From Asterias rubens (lineage: Eukaryota), in the NCBI RefSeq assembly GCF_902459465.1, contig NC_047068.1:14322001-14386000 (forward strand): 64,000 bases of DNA, in the 5' to 3' direction. The position numbers were made by a program, and so were the translations under genes. The notes below the pieces were generated by a model. The model searched no databases, was not told where the DNA came from, and saw only the letters and a list, made by a program, of their open reading frames with translations. This document shows positions 36,688 to 50,421 of the stretch, piece by piece. How positions within the stretch are numbered: the first letter of the stretch is position 1; each line of letters opens with the position of its first letter.

Positions 36688-37689
36688 GTAAGTCCATTCA
36701 GTTTTTTGTAGACTAGATGGATTGCACAAGACGTCATTGACCACCATCTTTGATGTTAAACAAAGGAAAGTGCACGCGTAAACGCGCTGTGCACGACTCT
36801 CGGCCAATGATATCCTTTCACGCGTGCACGGGGGGAATCAAAGATGGCGGTCAATGCAAGGGGGTCTAATGCCTATAAGGTTTCTGCTTTACAAAAAGAG
36901 TTACGGCACACGTTACGTCACACCCATAGCTAACCATCACTAACAGAATGACAAAAATGAACAAATTTCACACTTAAAACTTAGTTTCTTGCGAGCAGAA
37001 AGTCGATTCAGTTTTAAAGAACTATAAGGTTTCTGCTACAATAAGAGCCACGTCACACGTTACGTCACGCTGTACAGTTTGCTTAATCCCTAATGTGCTG
37101 CATTTCCGACAGTTGTTAGAGAAGAAATGGTTTCCACTCTAAAGCCCGGTTCAAACTTCCATCAGCTGCGAGTCCGATAACAGTGAACGTTTCACAGGAG
37201 TTGAGCTTGCAAATTTTGTTAAGTCAAAATTCGTATCGCATCCGCATTCTCAGGAAGTATGAACGCTAAGTGGTAAACAAAACACGTGACGTCATCAGTT
37301 CTAAGGTCTATTGCCTCGTAAGACAGAACCTTTATACAAATATTGTTCATTGTCCAAATATTTCTTGGCTTGGTACAGAAGCTCTACATCCCGTTCGAAA
37401 TCATCGAAAACAAACAAGAAACCAGACATGCCTGTAAAAGCCCCGCCACAATTTGCGTTCCATTTTGTTACAAGAAATATAATGTGAAGTATAATGGTAG
37501 TGCGTGGTTCACTGGAATGGGGAGGGGAGTGGTGTCATGCGGGATCGGGGGGGGGGGAAGGGTAGTGTGTCTTGCTTGACAAGATCTTCCATAAATAAAC
37601 ATGCGTTCGCGTTATTCGCTTCTTAAGTGCAGCACTGCAATACCAAAGACACGGTCCGTAATCCTTCAATACATTCTGATCAATGTTCA

Positions 37690-38140
37690 TTTTGTTCCGA
37701 GATTGAATGGGATTACATTACCTCGAGCAGCGACCCTTCAGCATGGCTAAATGTCATAAAGCCTGTAAGCACAAAATCTTGCTATATAAGCACAAAAATG
37801 TTTTGCCAGAAACCGGTTACCAGCCATGACATTCCACAAAGTTTACATTGCTGCGACTGTTGCCCCACTCATTTTTTGGCTTCAGCAAATAAATCTGCCG
37901 CTATAAGCAATATGTTCTGCTATTAAAGCTTTGAAATTGGGGCCTGTGCCCAAGTTCATAAAGCCTGAAGCGCAAAAAAATGCTAGACACATAAAACTCA
38001 TGCTTATCAAAAATAAGTTACCAGCCAAAATACCGTACATTTGCCATTGCTGTGACCCACTCATTTTCTGCTAAGCAAAGGAAGTTGCTAGTATAAATGT
38101 CTGCTATGAGCTTTTATGAGCTTTATGAAATTGGACCCAG
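37690..38140. mobile_element. Two adjacent degenerate copies of a gggcccaatttcata-ended MITE (others at ~3830-4034, ~40897-41040, ~62270-62440)
   Basis: Shared motifs cataaagcctgtaagcacaaaa, gttaccagcca and gaaattgggcc. Confidence 0.6.
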
Positions 38141-38381
38141 GTCATGGGCACCGTGATTCTACTCGTCTCGTTTGAGTTGAACGCTTTGCAGATCACAGTG
38201 CGCAAAAAAAAACTGCAAAGTAAAACAAAATAATACACTCGGATTTCAATTTCGCAGCTCGCTCGTGATTAATTACTAAATGAAGACAGACACGAATACC
38301 CATGGAGATCCTCGTCGCATTGCCAGACAATTATTATCAAATTTCTTGTGTCATTCAGGTATGAGGATTGATTTTCCTTAA

Positions 38382-38722
38382 AGGGTTAAGGTACTATTTG
38401 TGCGTTACAAAAACCACAATGTCCATATAGATTTACAATAATTTTACACGGTTTGAAGATAATGATTAGAAAGCGTCCCTTTAAAAAATAACTTGCTGAG
38501 GTGCTGTAGTTTTTGAGAAAATGGCAAAACAATTTCACGAAAATAATTCTCAGTGAGACAAAAATTATTTTAGCATGTACAACGTATTTACGCTACTCGC
38601 TTTAATACACTGCTCTATGATGTTCATTGCTTTCCTTTATTTATTACATATACGTCTCCATTCCCAGTGATATTGTCATGGCAAAAAAACACACCTTGAT
38701 CTACAAAAGGTATCAATACCCT
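38382..38722. mobile_element. Second TTAA-flanked Kolobok-type MITE family (related partial copies at ~8880-9183 and ~47265-47645)
   Basis: ttaa|agggttaaggtact ... ggtatcaataccct|ttaa. Shares the internal motif gctgaggtgctgtagtttttgagaaa with the other copies. Confidence 0.7.
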
Positions 38723-38726
38723 TTAA

Positions 38727-39107
38727 AGGCAGTGGATACTATTGATAATCACTCAAAATAGTTGTTAGCATAAAACCTTACTTGGTAACGAGTACTGGGG
38801 AGAGTTTGAAAGTATAAAACGTTGTGAGAAACGGCTCCCTCTGAAGTGACGTAGTTTTCGAGAAAGAAGTAATTTTCCACGAATTTGATTTCGAGACCTC
38901 GGAATTAGATTTTGAGGTATCGAATTCAAGCATCTGAATAGCACACAACTTCGTGTGACAAGGGTGTTTTTTTCGTTCATAGTCATCTCGCAACTTCAAC
39001 ATCCAATGAGCTAACATTTTAACAGGTTTGTTATTTTATGCAAATGTTGAGATACACCAAGCGAGAAGACTGGTCTTTCACAATTACCAATTATGTGTCC
39101 AATGTCT
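38727..39107. mobile_element. Kolobok-type MITE family A
   Basis: Shares its left TTAA with the preceding element; right TTAA at 39108-39111. Confidence 0.85.
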
Positions 39108-39113
39108 TTAAAG

Positions 39114-39300
39114 NNNNNNNNNNNNNNNNNNNNNNNNNNNNNNNNNNNNNNNNNNNNNNNNNNNNNNNNNNNNNNNNNNNNNNNNNNNNNNNNNNNNNNN
39201 NNNNNNNNNNNNNNNNNNNNNNNNNNNNNNNNNNNNNNNNNNNNNNNNNNNNNNNNNNNNNNNNNNNNNNNNNNNNNNNNNNNNNNNNNNNNNNNNNNNN
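39114..39300. other. Assembly gap (187 N) inside the GPCR intron
   Basis: Run of N. Confidence 1.
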
Positions 39301-39984
39301 GGGTCAGCTGGGGAAATATTTTGGGGTATTTTTCCTTTAAATGATACATGGAATTTTGCACACAGTCAGAGTATGTCCTTTTTACTCTTTGGAACTCATT
39401 GCCCGGTGTATATTGTCCTCCATTTCACAATCCTGCATTAAGGATATCACATCCCACCACCATCCCCCCTAAATCCGTACGTCTTGTTTGTCTTCTTTGT
39501 AGTCCTTTGCCAAGAGCGGCTGCGTTCAGGGATATCTTGCATTCATCAAACGCATTCACGCGGCCATTTTGTAATTCAGGCGTATATGCAACTATCGTTA
39601 TATTTTCTCAAAGCCAGCAGCAAGCATAACATTTCTACAAGCAGCAACTGTATTTAATCGTTAATAGAATATAATATGGTGCTGTCAAGGACAACCACTC
39701 CAGTAATATCATTAATCTTTGTAAATCAAATAAGTGGAGAGCATCACAATCAAAATATTGTAACCATTGTCATTTTGATTTTAGCTTTTTTAATTTTTTA
39801 ATTTTAGGACCGGGTAGTGTGGGCGTAGTTATGATGAGGGAGGGAATATAACGTACACTTGTACATCGCGGCAAATTTGAACCACTATTAAATCCACCCA
39901 TACAATGACATGAGCTGGTTACATGTTTTGATGCAATTAACCCTTCTCATGAAACATGCTAATTACAGTCACGCATGAGTACTA

Positions 39985-40226
39985 CACTCTAAAAACTCCT
40001 GGGTCAGAATTGACCCGGATTTGGGTCCCAGGGGGCCAGACCCATTTCTGGGTCAGTTTGACCCGGAATCCGTGTCAATGTGTCCCGGAATTCGAGTCCA
40101 AAATCCCCGCTTTTAAACAACTTTCTGGTCATAATGACACGGATTCCGGGTCAAACAGACCCAGAATAGGGTCTGACCCCCTGGGACCCAAATCGGGTCA
40201 ATTCTGACCCGGGAGTTTTTAGAGTG
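39985..40226. mobile_element. CACT-terminated foldback MITE with TA TSD (EnSpm/CMC-like)
   Basis: ta|cactctaaaaactcc ... ggagtttttagagtg|ta; about 110-bp imperfect arms rich in gggtca/tgaccc. Confidence 0.75.
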
Positions 40227-41612
40227 TATTAGATTACCAATTGCCCATGTTAATTGCTGTTACGTGTCATTCACCATCCTTTTAAAATTTGAATTTCCTC
40301 CGAACCTTCAGGACGAACACAATTCGATTTGAGCTTGTTTGATAACACGATTTTGAGCTGTCCATTTTCTGAGCTGCCGCCTGCTAGATTGACGAGTGTA
40401 ATTTATTTACTATCCGGACGCTTCGGCGCAATGGCCCCGAACGGTGCATCAACAGTCAACTCTGAACTAGCAGAATATTCGTTCATTCATTCAGTAACAT
40501 TTATTTCAATGCTGTCATACAATACAATAATGCAGGCTTATGTCGAAATTACAAAAGCAATATAGTATGGGGTATGATATTAGGTACACAATGGTTCAAT
40601 AATACGCAGCAATTTAAAGACATAAGGTGAAGCGAGATGCTTTTGTTCTCTAACCTATGGACAGACAAACATTTAGTATGGTACAACAAGGATGCATATT
40701 GGTAATACCATGGTATTACAAACTATCACAAAGTCCAATCACAAAATGTATACTGCAGAGACAAATAACTCTGCATGTACACGTATTAGAGAACATCTTC
40801 ACCCGGCCTAATGTTTTTTTGGGGAAATGGGGCATACAAAATGTTAGCCTTGTAGGCAGGTGAAATTATACAGCGACATATTTGCACAGCATGATCAGGG
40901 CCCAATTCATAGAGCTGCTTTTAAAAACAGACATTATTGCTTAAAAATACCAGGATACCAGTCACAAACTGTACATGTGAAATGGTAGTTTGGCTGGTAA
41001 CCTTACTCTGGTAAGCATTTGTGCTTACGCAGCTCTTTGGAAGTTTGATAGATCAGCTCCTCACTGAACCATACAGTAACGTTTTGAAGAGAGTCTCCAA
41101 AAAGCTAAAGACAAACGAAGAGATGTTTTATAAATTTCTGATGTCCCATCCAGGACACCATCTTGGGGGCGTGTCTTAGGACAACCCTACTAAGTCAGCA
41201 ATCATTGTTTTGGCCTTCAAATAAAATGGATCTCGTTAATAGACTAATTGGCCTAACTGGGGGAACGAGGTTGTGAACAGGCGTTGGTGGCAATTAACCT
41301 AGCCAATCAAATCATCCCAAATGGACATCTACGGACCAAGCTTTCTCCATGGTTCTCTACAAAATGGAGATTGCCTACCTCCCGAGATAATTTGACAACA
41401 AAATGAATTTAGTTTGCTCAAAACCAGGTCGAACAATGTTAGTGTTTTCCAGTCCCAGAAGCAAAGATATTAGAGTGAAAATATAAGCAGTGAATAATTC
41501 TGAGTGCAATGGTGATAATTTTTTAATGAGTTGAAATAGTGAATGTTCCATATACACGAGGCGAGGCCAACTTTAATGAACATTCAATCTTTTAATGAGT
41601 TTAAATAGTTAA

Positions 41613-41893
41613 AAGGGAAGGTATATACGTTTGGTTTCACTCTTAAAGTGAAAAAGAGAAACATTTCACTTCGGAGTATTAACGTGGTTTTGTAAAAAGG
41701 TTATAAGTAAGTTTGTATGCCCCTAAATTTGAATCTGAAAGCGTAACTGCTAGTAATTTCCTGCGTGGACATATTCGCTTCGGCGATATCTCACAACGCG
41801 CCCACCTTTTACATTGAATGTTTCAGTTATATTGCATACATCAATAATTTACAAAAACCGAACTGTTCTAAGAACCAAAGGTATACTTTGCCC
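41613..41893. mobile_element. Third TTAA-flanked MITE family (related copy at 55863-56108)
   Basis: ttaa|aagggaaggtatatacgtttgg ... ccaaaggtatactttgccc|ttaa. Confidence 0.6.
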
Positions 41894-42221
41894 TTAAGAA
41901 ATTTAGACTTCTAATATCGAACGTCTCGAAGCAAGGAGTCTCTCACTCATAAACACCCACACATCAAAACAAATTCTTCTTCTTTAATTTGCAAGCATCG
42001 CAAAAGACGGTCATATTATAATAATTGTATAAGTCTACACAGAGAGAGTAAGAAAGAATATGTTCTAACATCTTATTACGGTCAAGGATAAAAGTGACTC
42101 GCAAATTGCTGTTCAAGACACAGTTATCAAGCCATTACGTGTAGAATATTCTAAGAAACGGATTTAGTATTGCTATTGTGTATAACTCAAGGGTGGAAGT
42201 AATGCAATCTATTCGTTGCTG

Positions 42222-42475
42222 AGGTCCAATTCCATGGTTCTGCTTACTGTAAGCAAATCGGCGCTATACGGAAGCAGGGAATTCTGTGCTTGCGGCAAGC
42301 GTATTTCACGGGTTAGCGGGGATCGTTGGCTTGTGCGCGTGCGTACTCCACGTCACTAGGCGTTCTACGCTTACACAGCTAGCGTAGAAATTCGGCGTTT
42401 GCACTGAGTAAGCGGAGAATGGTGATCGTAATTAAGCGCAGAATTCGGCGTTGAGCAGAGCCATGAAATTGGGCT
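42222..42475. mobile_element. Harbinger-type MITE (CTG TSD)
   Basis: ctg|aggtccaattccatgg ... ccatgaaattgggct|ctg. Confidence 0.75.
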
Positions 42476-45407
42476 CTGAGTTGGTATCCCTCAAGATTAA
42501 TACGTCATGTGTGAGAAAATATTTTGGGACATCGCAAAATAATACTTGTAGGTTGTTTTACAATTATTTTTGACTATGCAAATATTTGCTATAGTACTTA
42601 CGTTCATGATAATTTGATTAATGTCACCGCAAATGTTTGCTAAGATAAGTAATATTCTTGCGAACTTGCAAATATTTGCAGAGTCTTTTGCAACTATTGG
42701 CGACATGCATTATGTACCCCATAGGAACACTATCAGGTACTCGTTCGTACATGTCATAATGTACGCTGCCTTTACGCAATCAGCCTTAACATTATAAAGT
42801 TGAAGGCACATAGAGTATTATGTCGTCGCTTCCAAAATGCAAAAAATTTAGTCCAAAAAAGTCCAGACCAATTTTCTAGAGCTAACTAATCGAATTATAA
42901 AACTGTATCCTAATTCATTCGAACATTGATAAGTCAAACAATGTAGGTCTTCGGTGCTTTTAGAAAAAACAATATAACAAAGGTTGCAGTCACAGGACAC
43001 CACAACATGCGTACAACTTTTAAGGAATATTAAAGTTTCCACAATAATCCCATCAACTCGGGCTTTCCAAAACAATGATACACAAAGTGTTCCATGACTC
43101 TAAACAGAACATGGTCTGACCTTTTATCTTACCGATTTCGATTGCGGTTCTTCAGAAGGTTTACACTGTCAGAAGATTGAAAGTAAGATCAAATCTCTCT
43201 TCCGTGAGTCCCAAATCTCTAGGGAGTTTAGAATGTTTTTTACTCAGCGCTGATTTATCATCTTGTCTCTTACTTAATTTAATTTCTGGATGCGGAGTGG
43301 TTTTGTGTAAATTATCCAAGGCGGGTTGTCGCCGTCTTGTAAATTGGGCCATCAATCCATTGCTTTTACGACGCAACAAGGAGATGTATATACCCTCACA
43401 GATCACAATATTGTGTAGGGTCGACTCATTATGGGGTTGTCGTGGTTCGAAATAAGGGGGTTTGGGTGTAACTTTGAGGTGGGTTTTTAGGTTGAAGATA
43501 GCCCAAAAATCTGACGTCAAACGTCGAGCCTCGTGAATAACACCAGCAGATGTCGGGTGTCCGGATCCGTACAAATGTACGTTTGACCTCGCATGCATTT
43601 CACACACAGATTCGCAGTCAATAGGTTACACATATACATGTATTTCATAGACGATGTTACCTGTGACATCACATGTTTACAAAAGAGCCACAGAGCCCGG
43701 ACTTCTTGCAAACACGATTTGTACAAAGCCTAATGGAAGAAAACATAAAATCTTATATTTTATGGATATTGCACTGTCCAATTCCTATCAACTTTTGATA
43801 TGATGAAAGGGGCACATCTATAAACTTGCCCAGCTTTTACTTTCACAACTCTGTGATTTATGTGGTAATTATGACATAAAATGTCAACTTTCTCATTGGA
43901 CCAGTGCAGTATCTTGCCTGCCAGAATACTCAAAGAATGCACAAGGTCACACTTATTGTAAGCAAAGTTCACATGGTCTATTGCATACAAAAACAACACA
44001 AATTATTCACACGAATGCTGCATGGAGATGGTCGAAAGTGCAAGCTGAAATTACATCAACTCAGACCAATCATAACACTGGTATGGAAATCTTACGTCAC
44101 AGCACGTTTAAAGTGCCTTTGAATCATCCGTTAAAGATGTTGGTCCGATTTGAACCCGAAATTGAGATGTAACCTTTAAACAGCTGTGCAAATTTATAAT
44201 AGATTCTAACTTCAGCATTCATGTAGGCCTAAAATATAGGGGAGTGCTTTCTGCTCTACCGGCCAGGCTTCGGACTGATGATACCCAAGCCTACATCCAT
44301 ATGGATTGTAAAAGGGGGTAACCTTGTTTCAGCCGGTGGCAACAAAAAAATTGTAGCCCACACCTTGAAGTGGCCTTCAGGCCTTGTGTGTCTGGCGACT
44401 TGCATAAAAAAAAAGTCTGAGTGCAATACCTTCTTGTTGAGTAGGGCCTAAACGTACATAAGTACACTCAACATACACACATCAGTGAGTGATAATGAAC
44501 AGCAACGTCTTGCACCAAGACTAAGGGTATGGCCTATACACTTTGCTGTACGGCACTTACTCTGGTAGATTAGTCAATACAAAATATTAAGAAACAAAAT
44601 CAAACATCTTATTCACAAAAGGAATCTTGACATTGACGCTTATACACATTCTGACAACTGTCAATATTAATTCCACTATAGGGGTTCTCTTAACAAAATA
44701 TCCCAACGAAATTTATGACAGGACTAATAAATTAGTGCTATTAGACAGCCCCTTCAAACTGCACTTATAAAAGCACTGATTTACGATCGAGCACCGTGTA
44801 CTGAACACTATAATCACTTACAATGCTTGAGCCAAAACGTTGTCAGTCATAGCAATACTCTTGGGTTTGAATTTGCCCAACCTGCCGGAACAAACTCTAT
44901 GGTTCAATTCTGATTGAGTGGGGCACATTTTCCCATCAAATTATTGAGCCTCGTTATCGTTGGAACATTACACCATAACGCACTGATGTTTAACAACTAA
45001 AAAGTCTAATGCCCTGACAACAAACCCGGCTCCGTAACTATGGTAATAATTTTAGGGAGATCAAGGGGCGGGGGTAGGGGGTACCATGTCTTTTTCTCGG
45101 GGGCACTTCTTGAAAATTTGAAAATTTTCGTTTTTTTAAAGTTTTTTTTAACACCCCCCTTTCAGCGCTCTTGGTTAGTGCTCTTATTGTAAAATTAGTA
45201 TTGTTTTAACACCCTATGGTGTTTAGTTTGATTTCCCCCGGAATTTATATGTGACACCACCCACGGTGTCAATTTTACCACCACAGTTTTTGGCAGAAAA
45301 ATGGTTAACGGATGTTTTCTGCTTAAGCAGCTCTTTGGAATTGCCACCAGGTTCGAACCCAACTTCGAACTAGGGTCCCACGTGACACGGGTAAGGTCAT
45401 GCCCCCG

Positions 45408-45447
<40 letters not shown>

Positions 45448-46174
45448 TTTATACACAATGTTTACAAGTTGAATAGGCCGGGGCAGGGGGTTGTCAAGAC
45501 TGTAAAAAAACCCGGTCATCTTAAGATGTGTATACAACCAGACACATGTCAACGTTAAAAATGTAATTTTATATAATTTTGAATGCGTTTAATATATAAC
45601 ATTAATTTACAATTCAGAATGGTATAAGTGCGCCCGGTTTCTATTGTGCCAAGTCAATTCAAAGTGCATATTTAATAATGAAAACCTCATAACATACAAC
45701 AATCATTTGATAAATTATCATCAAACATCAATTTATTCTCATTCTCCAATTTTCTACTGGATTCGCTCGCATATAAATAACCAGTCCAACCTGAACATCA
45801 ATTACATTAAAAAGCAAACTGCTGAATAGATTGGTCGCCATAGAAACTCTTTATCCTTTCGAACCAGAAGGCCCTTTGGTCTGTTTTTCTTGTCAACTGA
45901 TATAATAGTGTTATCTTCAGATTCTGGGCCGACGTATGGAGTGGCATGTATTGTGAATAAATATATCCCAAATTATGGCAGAGGAGAATGTTTACCCGTC
46001 GTTTGTTGATCACAAACTCAAACTGACATCTCAGACTTGCACATTTTTTTGAAAACAAATTACTATAAAAAAAAACATGTGCTACACACTGATGTTATTC
46101 TAGGTTGAGTTGAATGCGATGATCCGCACAGGAAAAACAATGTTTGCAAGTCAAAGGGAAAAAAACACTCTTAA

Positions 46175-46541
46175 AGGCAGTGGACACTATTGGTAATTGT
46201 CAAAGACTAGCCTTCACAGTTGGTGTATCTCAACATATGCATAAACTAACAAACCTGTGAAAATTTGAGTTCAATCGGACATCGAATTTACGAAAGAAAA
46301 ATAACCCTTGTCGCACGAAGTTGTGTGTGTTTAGATGGTTGATTTCGAGACCTCAAGTTCTAAATCTGAGGTCTCGAAATCAAATTCGTGGAAAATTACT
46401 TCTTTCTCGAAAACTATGGAACTTGAGAGGGAGACGTTTCTCACAATGTTTTATACCATCAACCTCTCCCCATTACTCGTCACCAAGAAAGGTTTTATGC
46501 TAGTAATTATTTTGAGTAATTACCAATAGTGTCCACTGCCT
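46175..46541. mobile_element. Kolobok-type MITE family A, opposite orientation
   Basis: Perfect TIRs with TTAA TSD. Confidence 0.85.
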
Positions 46542-47137
46542 TTAAAAGTATTGACCATAACAAAAGTTATTTGGTAAGAAGTATACACTTATATAGCTTT
46601 TTATAATAGTATAACGCATATTTTACTTCGAAGCAATGTGGTTTAGGGGAATAGTTATCTGTTTTATTCCCCAAAATCTGGAGAAACGGTTCTCAGTTTG
46701 TGTTTCACAAAAAGGGGTTATTTTCCTGCGTGTATGGACATTATTCACTCTGGATTTTGACCGCCTTTTAAGATGAATTAATCGCAGGTTAGTTCATTGT
46801 TTTGTACATAACAACTAAATTTATAACAACCATCTTTTTCCATATCCACGTTGATTCAAAATTAAATGTTTTAAAAATGCTTTAGTGTAAAACTAAATCG
46901 ACATTAATGCTCTTCTACTTAAATAGCCTATAGCAAAAACCATTAATAATAATAATTACAACCATTATCCAAATGACATTTGTGACTGAGTAATGATATT
47001 GTAAGGGGTTAGATGCACTTTGTTCTACGCCATTAGGAAAATGAAGAGTAATTAAAATCCATCACAGTGAAATTTGTATTTTCACACATTTAATATTCTT
47101 AATAATACTAATATGTATTTGTTTGTACTTGTTTTAT

Positions 47138-47176
47138 GCCTCTGGAGAAGGTCCGGATTGGATCGAAAGCTAAGGC
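47138..47176 (+). ncRNA. Hammerhead-like motif, core A6>G
   Basis: gcct-CTGGAGA-a-ggtccg gat tggatc-GAA-AGCT-A-aggc. Confidence 0.45.
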
Positions 47177-47657
47177 CATCTACCATATTCATTATCTTAA
47201 TAATACTAATTATTACATTTTTAAAAATGGGTTGGCCTATAGTCGACAAATCTTCCTCAAATCACTTAACGGCTAAGGTTTGGATACTTTTTTTACGACA
47301 CAAAAGACGATGTCCACATAATTACATTAAACTTACATGGTTTGAAGATAATGATGGTCAAAAGCTTCCCCTATATAGGTCTTGCTGAGGTGCTGTAGTT
47401 TTTGAGAAAGTACAGTGAAACAATGTCACGATGTTTTCCCCGTATCTTTAGCATGAAGACCTTTTAATACGCAAAGCTCGTGAAAACATGGCTCTGTGAT
47501 TTTCACCTTTTTCTCAAAAACTTGACGACTAAAGAATTTGAAACTTATACAGGTCAATTATATTACATACATCTTCATTCACAGTGAGTAGTGATTCATG
47601 TCATGGCTTAAAACTTGATCTAAAAAAGGTATTAAAGCAAAACCCTAAAAGGCACTG

Positions 47658-47832
47658 GGGTGGATTTCACAAAGGTAGTCCTAACTTTGGACTATAGTCC
47701 TAGGCAATGCTAAGAGATAGGACCAGTCCTAAGTTAGGATGAGTTACTGGTCCTAACTTAGGACCAGTCCTATCTCTTAGGACTAGGAATAGGACTAGTC
47801 TCAAGTTAGGACTACCATTGTGAAATCCACCC
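47658..47832. mobile_element. Harbinger-type foldback MITE (CTG TSD); remnant of the same family at ~5240-5317
   Basis: ctg|gggtggatttcaca ... tgtgaaatccaccc|ctg, with internal tcctaa/ttagga palindromes. Confidence 0.8.
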
Positions 47833-47835
47833 CTG

Positions 47836-48170
47836 ATAGCATAAAACTCAAGTGGTTACAAGCAGTGGATAGTGTAACACATTGTGAGAACCGGCTCCTC
47901 TGAAGCAACGTTTTCGAGAAAGACGTAATTTTCCACTTAAATGTTTGATTTTGATTACGAGACTTCAGAATTAGATTTTCAGGTCCGGAAATCAAGCATT
48001 TCTGAAAGCACACAACTTTGTGTGACAAGGGTTGTTATAATCTTGCAACTTCGACGACAAGTTCATTTTTTAACAAGTTTGTTATTTTGTGCATATGCCT
48101 AATATGGTGAGATACACCAAGTGAGAAGATTGGTCTTTGACAATTAACAATTACCAAAGGTGTCCAGTGT
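47836..48170. mobile_element. Degenerate Kolobok-type family A copy whose left end is split by a Harbinger-type MITE
   Basis: aaaggcactg lies before the inserted MITE; the family-A body continues after the CTG TSD. Confidence 0.6.
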
Positions 48171-48276
48171 CACAAGTTGGTGTTATAATTTGTGCTGCCG
48201 TGGTAATATGGACAGAGGAGTAAAATGAAGGACACACATAATTATACATCAACCAATATTATAGGCAAGTGTTACT

Positions 48277-49010
48277 CGAATCCGTAATAACGAATCCTTG
48301 ATAACTGAATGTGAATTCTATAATGATGTATTTTGAATTCGACATAAATCCGTAATAAGGAATCCTTGCTAACATGTTGTGAATTCCTAATGATGTATTT
48401 TGAATCCGTTATTGCGGATTCGACATAAATCCGTAATAAGGAATCCTTGATAACATGTTGTGAATTCCTAATGATGTATTTTGAATCCGTTATTGCGGAT
48501 TCGACATAAATCCGTAATAAGGAATCCTTGCTAACATGTTTTGAATTCCTAATGATGTATTTTGAATCCGTTATTGCGGATTCGGTGTTAATCCGTAATA
48601 AGGAATCCTTGATAAAAACTAAATGTGAATTCATAATGATGTATTTTGAATCCGTTATTGCGGATTCGACATAAATATAAGGAATCCTTGATAACATGTT
48701 GTGAATTCATAATGATGTATTTTGAATCCGTTATTGCGGATTCGACATAAATCCGTAATAAGGAATCCTTGATAACTTGTTGTGAATTCCTAATGATGTA
48801 TTTTGAATTCGTTATTACGGATTCGACATAAATCCGTAAGGAATCCTTGCTAACATGTTGTGAATTCCTAATGATGTATTTTGAATCCGTTATTACGGAT
48901 TCGACATAAATCCGTAATAAGGAATCCTTGCTAACAGGTTGTGAATTCCTAATGATGTATTTTGAATCAGTCATTATACGGATTCGGTGTAAATTCGTTA
49001 TAATGGATTC
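48277..49010. repeat. 81-bp minisatellite, about 9 copies
   Basis: Unit gaatccgttattgcggattcgacataaatccgtaataaggaatccttgataacatgttgtgaattcctaatgatgtatttt. Confidence 0.9.
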
Positions 49011-50101
49011 AAAATACGTAATTGTTGCACTAAATGTGGCTTTCATAGGTAACTGCTTGACAGGAATATTTTGCAAAGCCATCACGAATTTCCCGTGGAA
49101 GCCGTTGGAATGAACGATTTGATTTGATGTCATGGTATGCTCACTGCATTGCTTTAAGTACTGAATTTCCGACTGTTGTTGTGCAGAGACACAATAAGTG
49201 TCCCATTATTAGTCTGCATAAAGTGATTAACAATCCCTGACGTCACCAGAACTAGTGTCTGTTAAGGCTACTGTTTTTACGAGGATTGTTTATTCCAAAA
49301 GCACCACAATGCTTTTAAGTTCAACTTCATAATTATTTCTACATAAAAATCAAAATAAAAAGCCATCATTCTATATAAGTTTGTGGTGGCAGGACTGATA
49401 GATGAACAGAAACCCCAAAGCAGGAACGAACGAACGAACGAACGGACGGACATATTGAAACACGATAAAGAAACAGGAGTGATAAACAAAGACTCATGCC
49501 TGCAAGACAAGTTAAATACAAAAATCGCTGAACAAAAACAGCTGTCGGACAAAAGCGAGAACTCATTCTGTATTAAAAACGAATAGCAATAATAATATTC
49601 CAATGCGAGAGTGTGATACGAACAATTACAATCGGTCCCGTTACGTTCACGGTGTCTAACACTCTACCTACAGGCGGCTTTCAGACAATTGGAATTTTCA
49701 AATCATATGCATCTTATGACAATTGGAATTTTCAAATCATATGCATCTTACCGTGGGTTGCCTTGGTAACAGATGGTTTTTGTTGTCCCTCAGGGATGTC
49801 GGGGGAGTCACGGGGGAGAGGAGACGGTATTGCGCGGCGGCCCGAGGTCCATGCGTCGACAAAGTAATTGGCTAGGGAGGACCTCAGTTTAAAGTGAAAT
49901 TTATAGAGAAATATCTGCCATGGAAAAAGGGGGACATCAACCTGGGGAAATCTCAAGTCATAAGACTATTTTACCAGCTCGCCCTGTGTATAAGTAGAAC
50001 AAGGTGTGCTACATCACAACGGACCCTAAAACGACACAACTTTAACCTACGCGCGCGAATGCTATAATAAGGAATGGAAGTTAGTGTCATATCAACAGTT
50101 A

Positions 50102-50421
50102 CACTGCAAAAGCTGTGTTGTTAAATTTGACACCATCGGTGTTTTCATTATATGAAACAATTCATCAAGGTTAAAAAACTACAAAATACTTGTTAAAATA
50201 AAACTTCTTTTTGCCAAAACGATTATTCTTGGTGTAATTTTAACGCACTATATGGTGTTAATTTTGATCATCTCTTTGGTATCCTGCAGGAAGAATACTG
50301 TGCGCTTTGATATGCCCCTGGTTGTGAAAAAAACTATATAAGAACAGAGTATTATTATTATTATTATCTATATTGTGGTAAGACCCATGGTGTAAATTTT
50401 AACAGCAAATAATATGCAGTG
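50102..50421. mobile_element. Older CACTG-terminated MITE, TA-flanked
   Basis: ta|cactgca ... tgcagtg|ta, with subterminal repeats of aaattt(g/t)acacc. Confidence 0.55.

Noticed and set aside
39011-39361. ORFs spanning the N run
   Set aside because: Artefacts of the assembly gap.
42848-43607. Possible Penelope RT/GIY-YIG remnant in ORFs 42848-43075 and 43161-43607
   Set aside because: Only a vague CxCxxxYI resemblance; the diagnostic YIG.T and YxDD motifs are absent.
44230-44300. CTGATGA hammerhead-like core
   Set aside because: No correctly placed stem II and GAAA; it is part of a repeat 3' end also seen near 62730.
48272-49133. Repetitive 141-aa and 181-aa ORFs
   Set aside because: Produced by the 81-bp satellite; frameshifted and without splice or start context.
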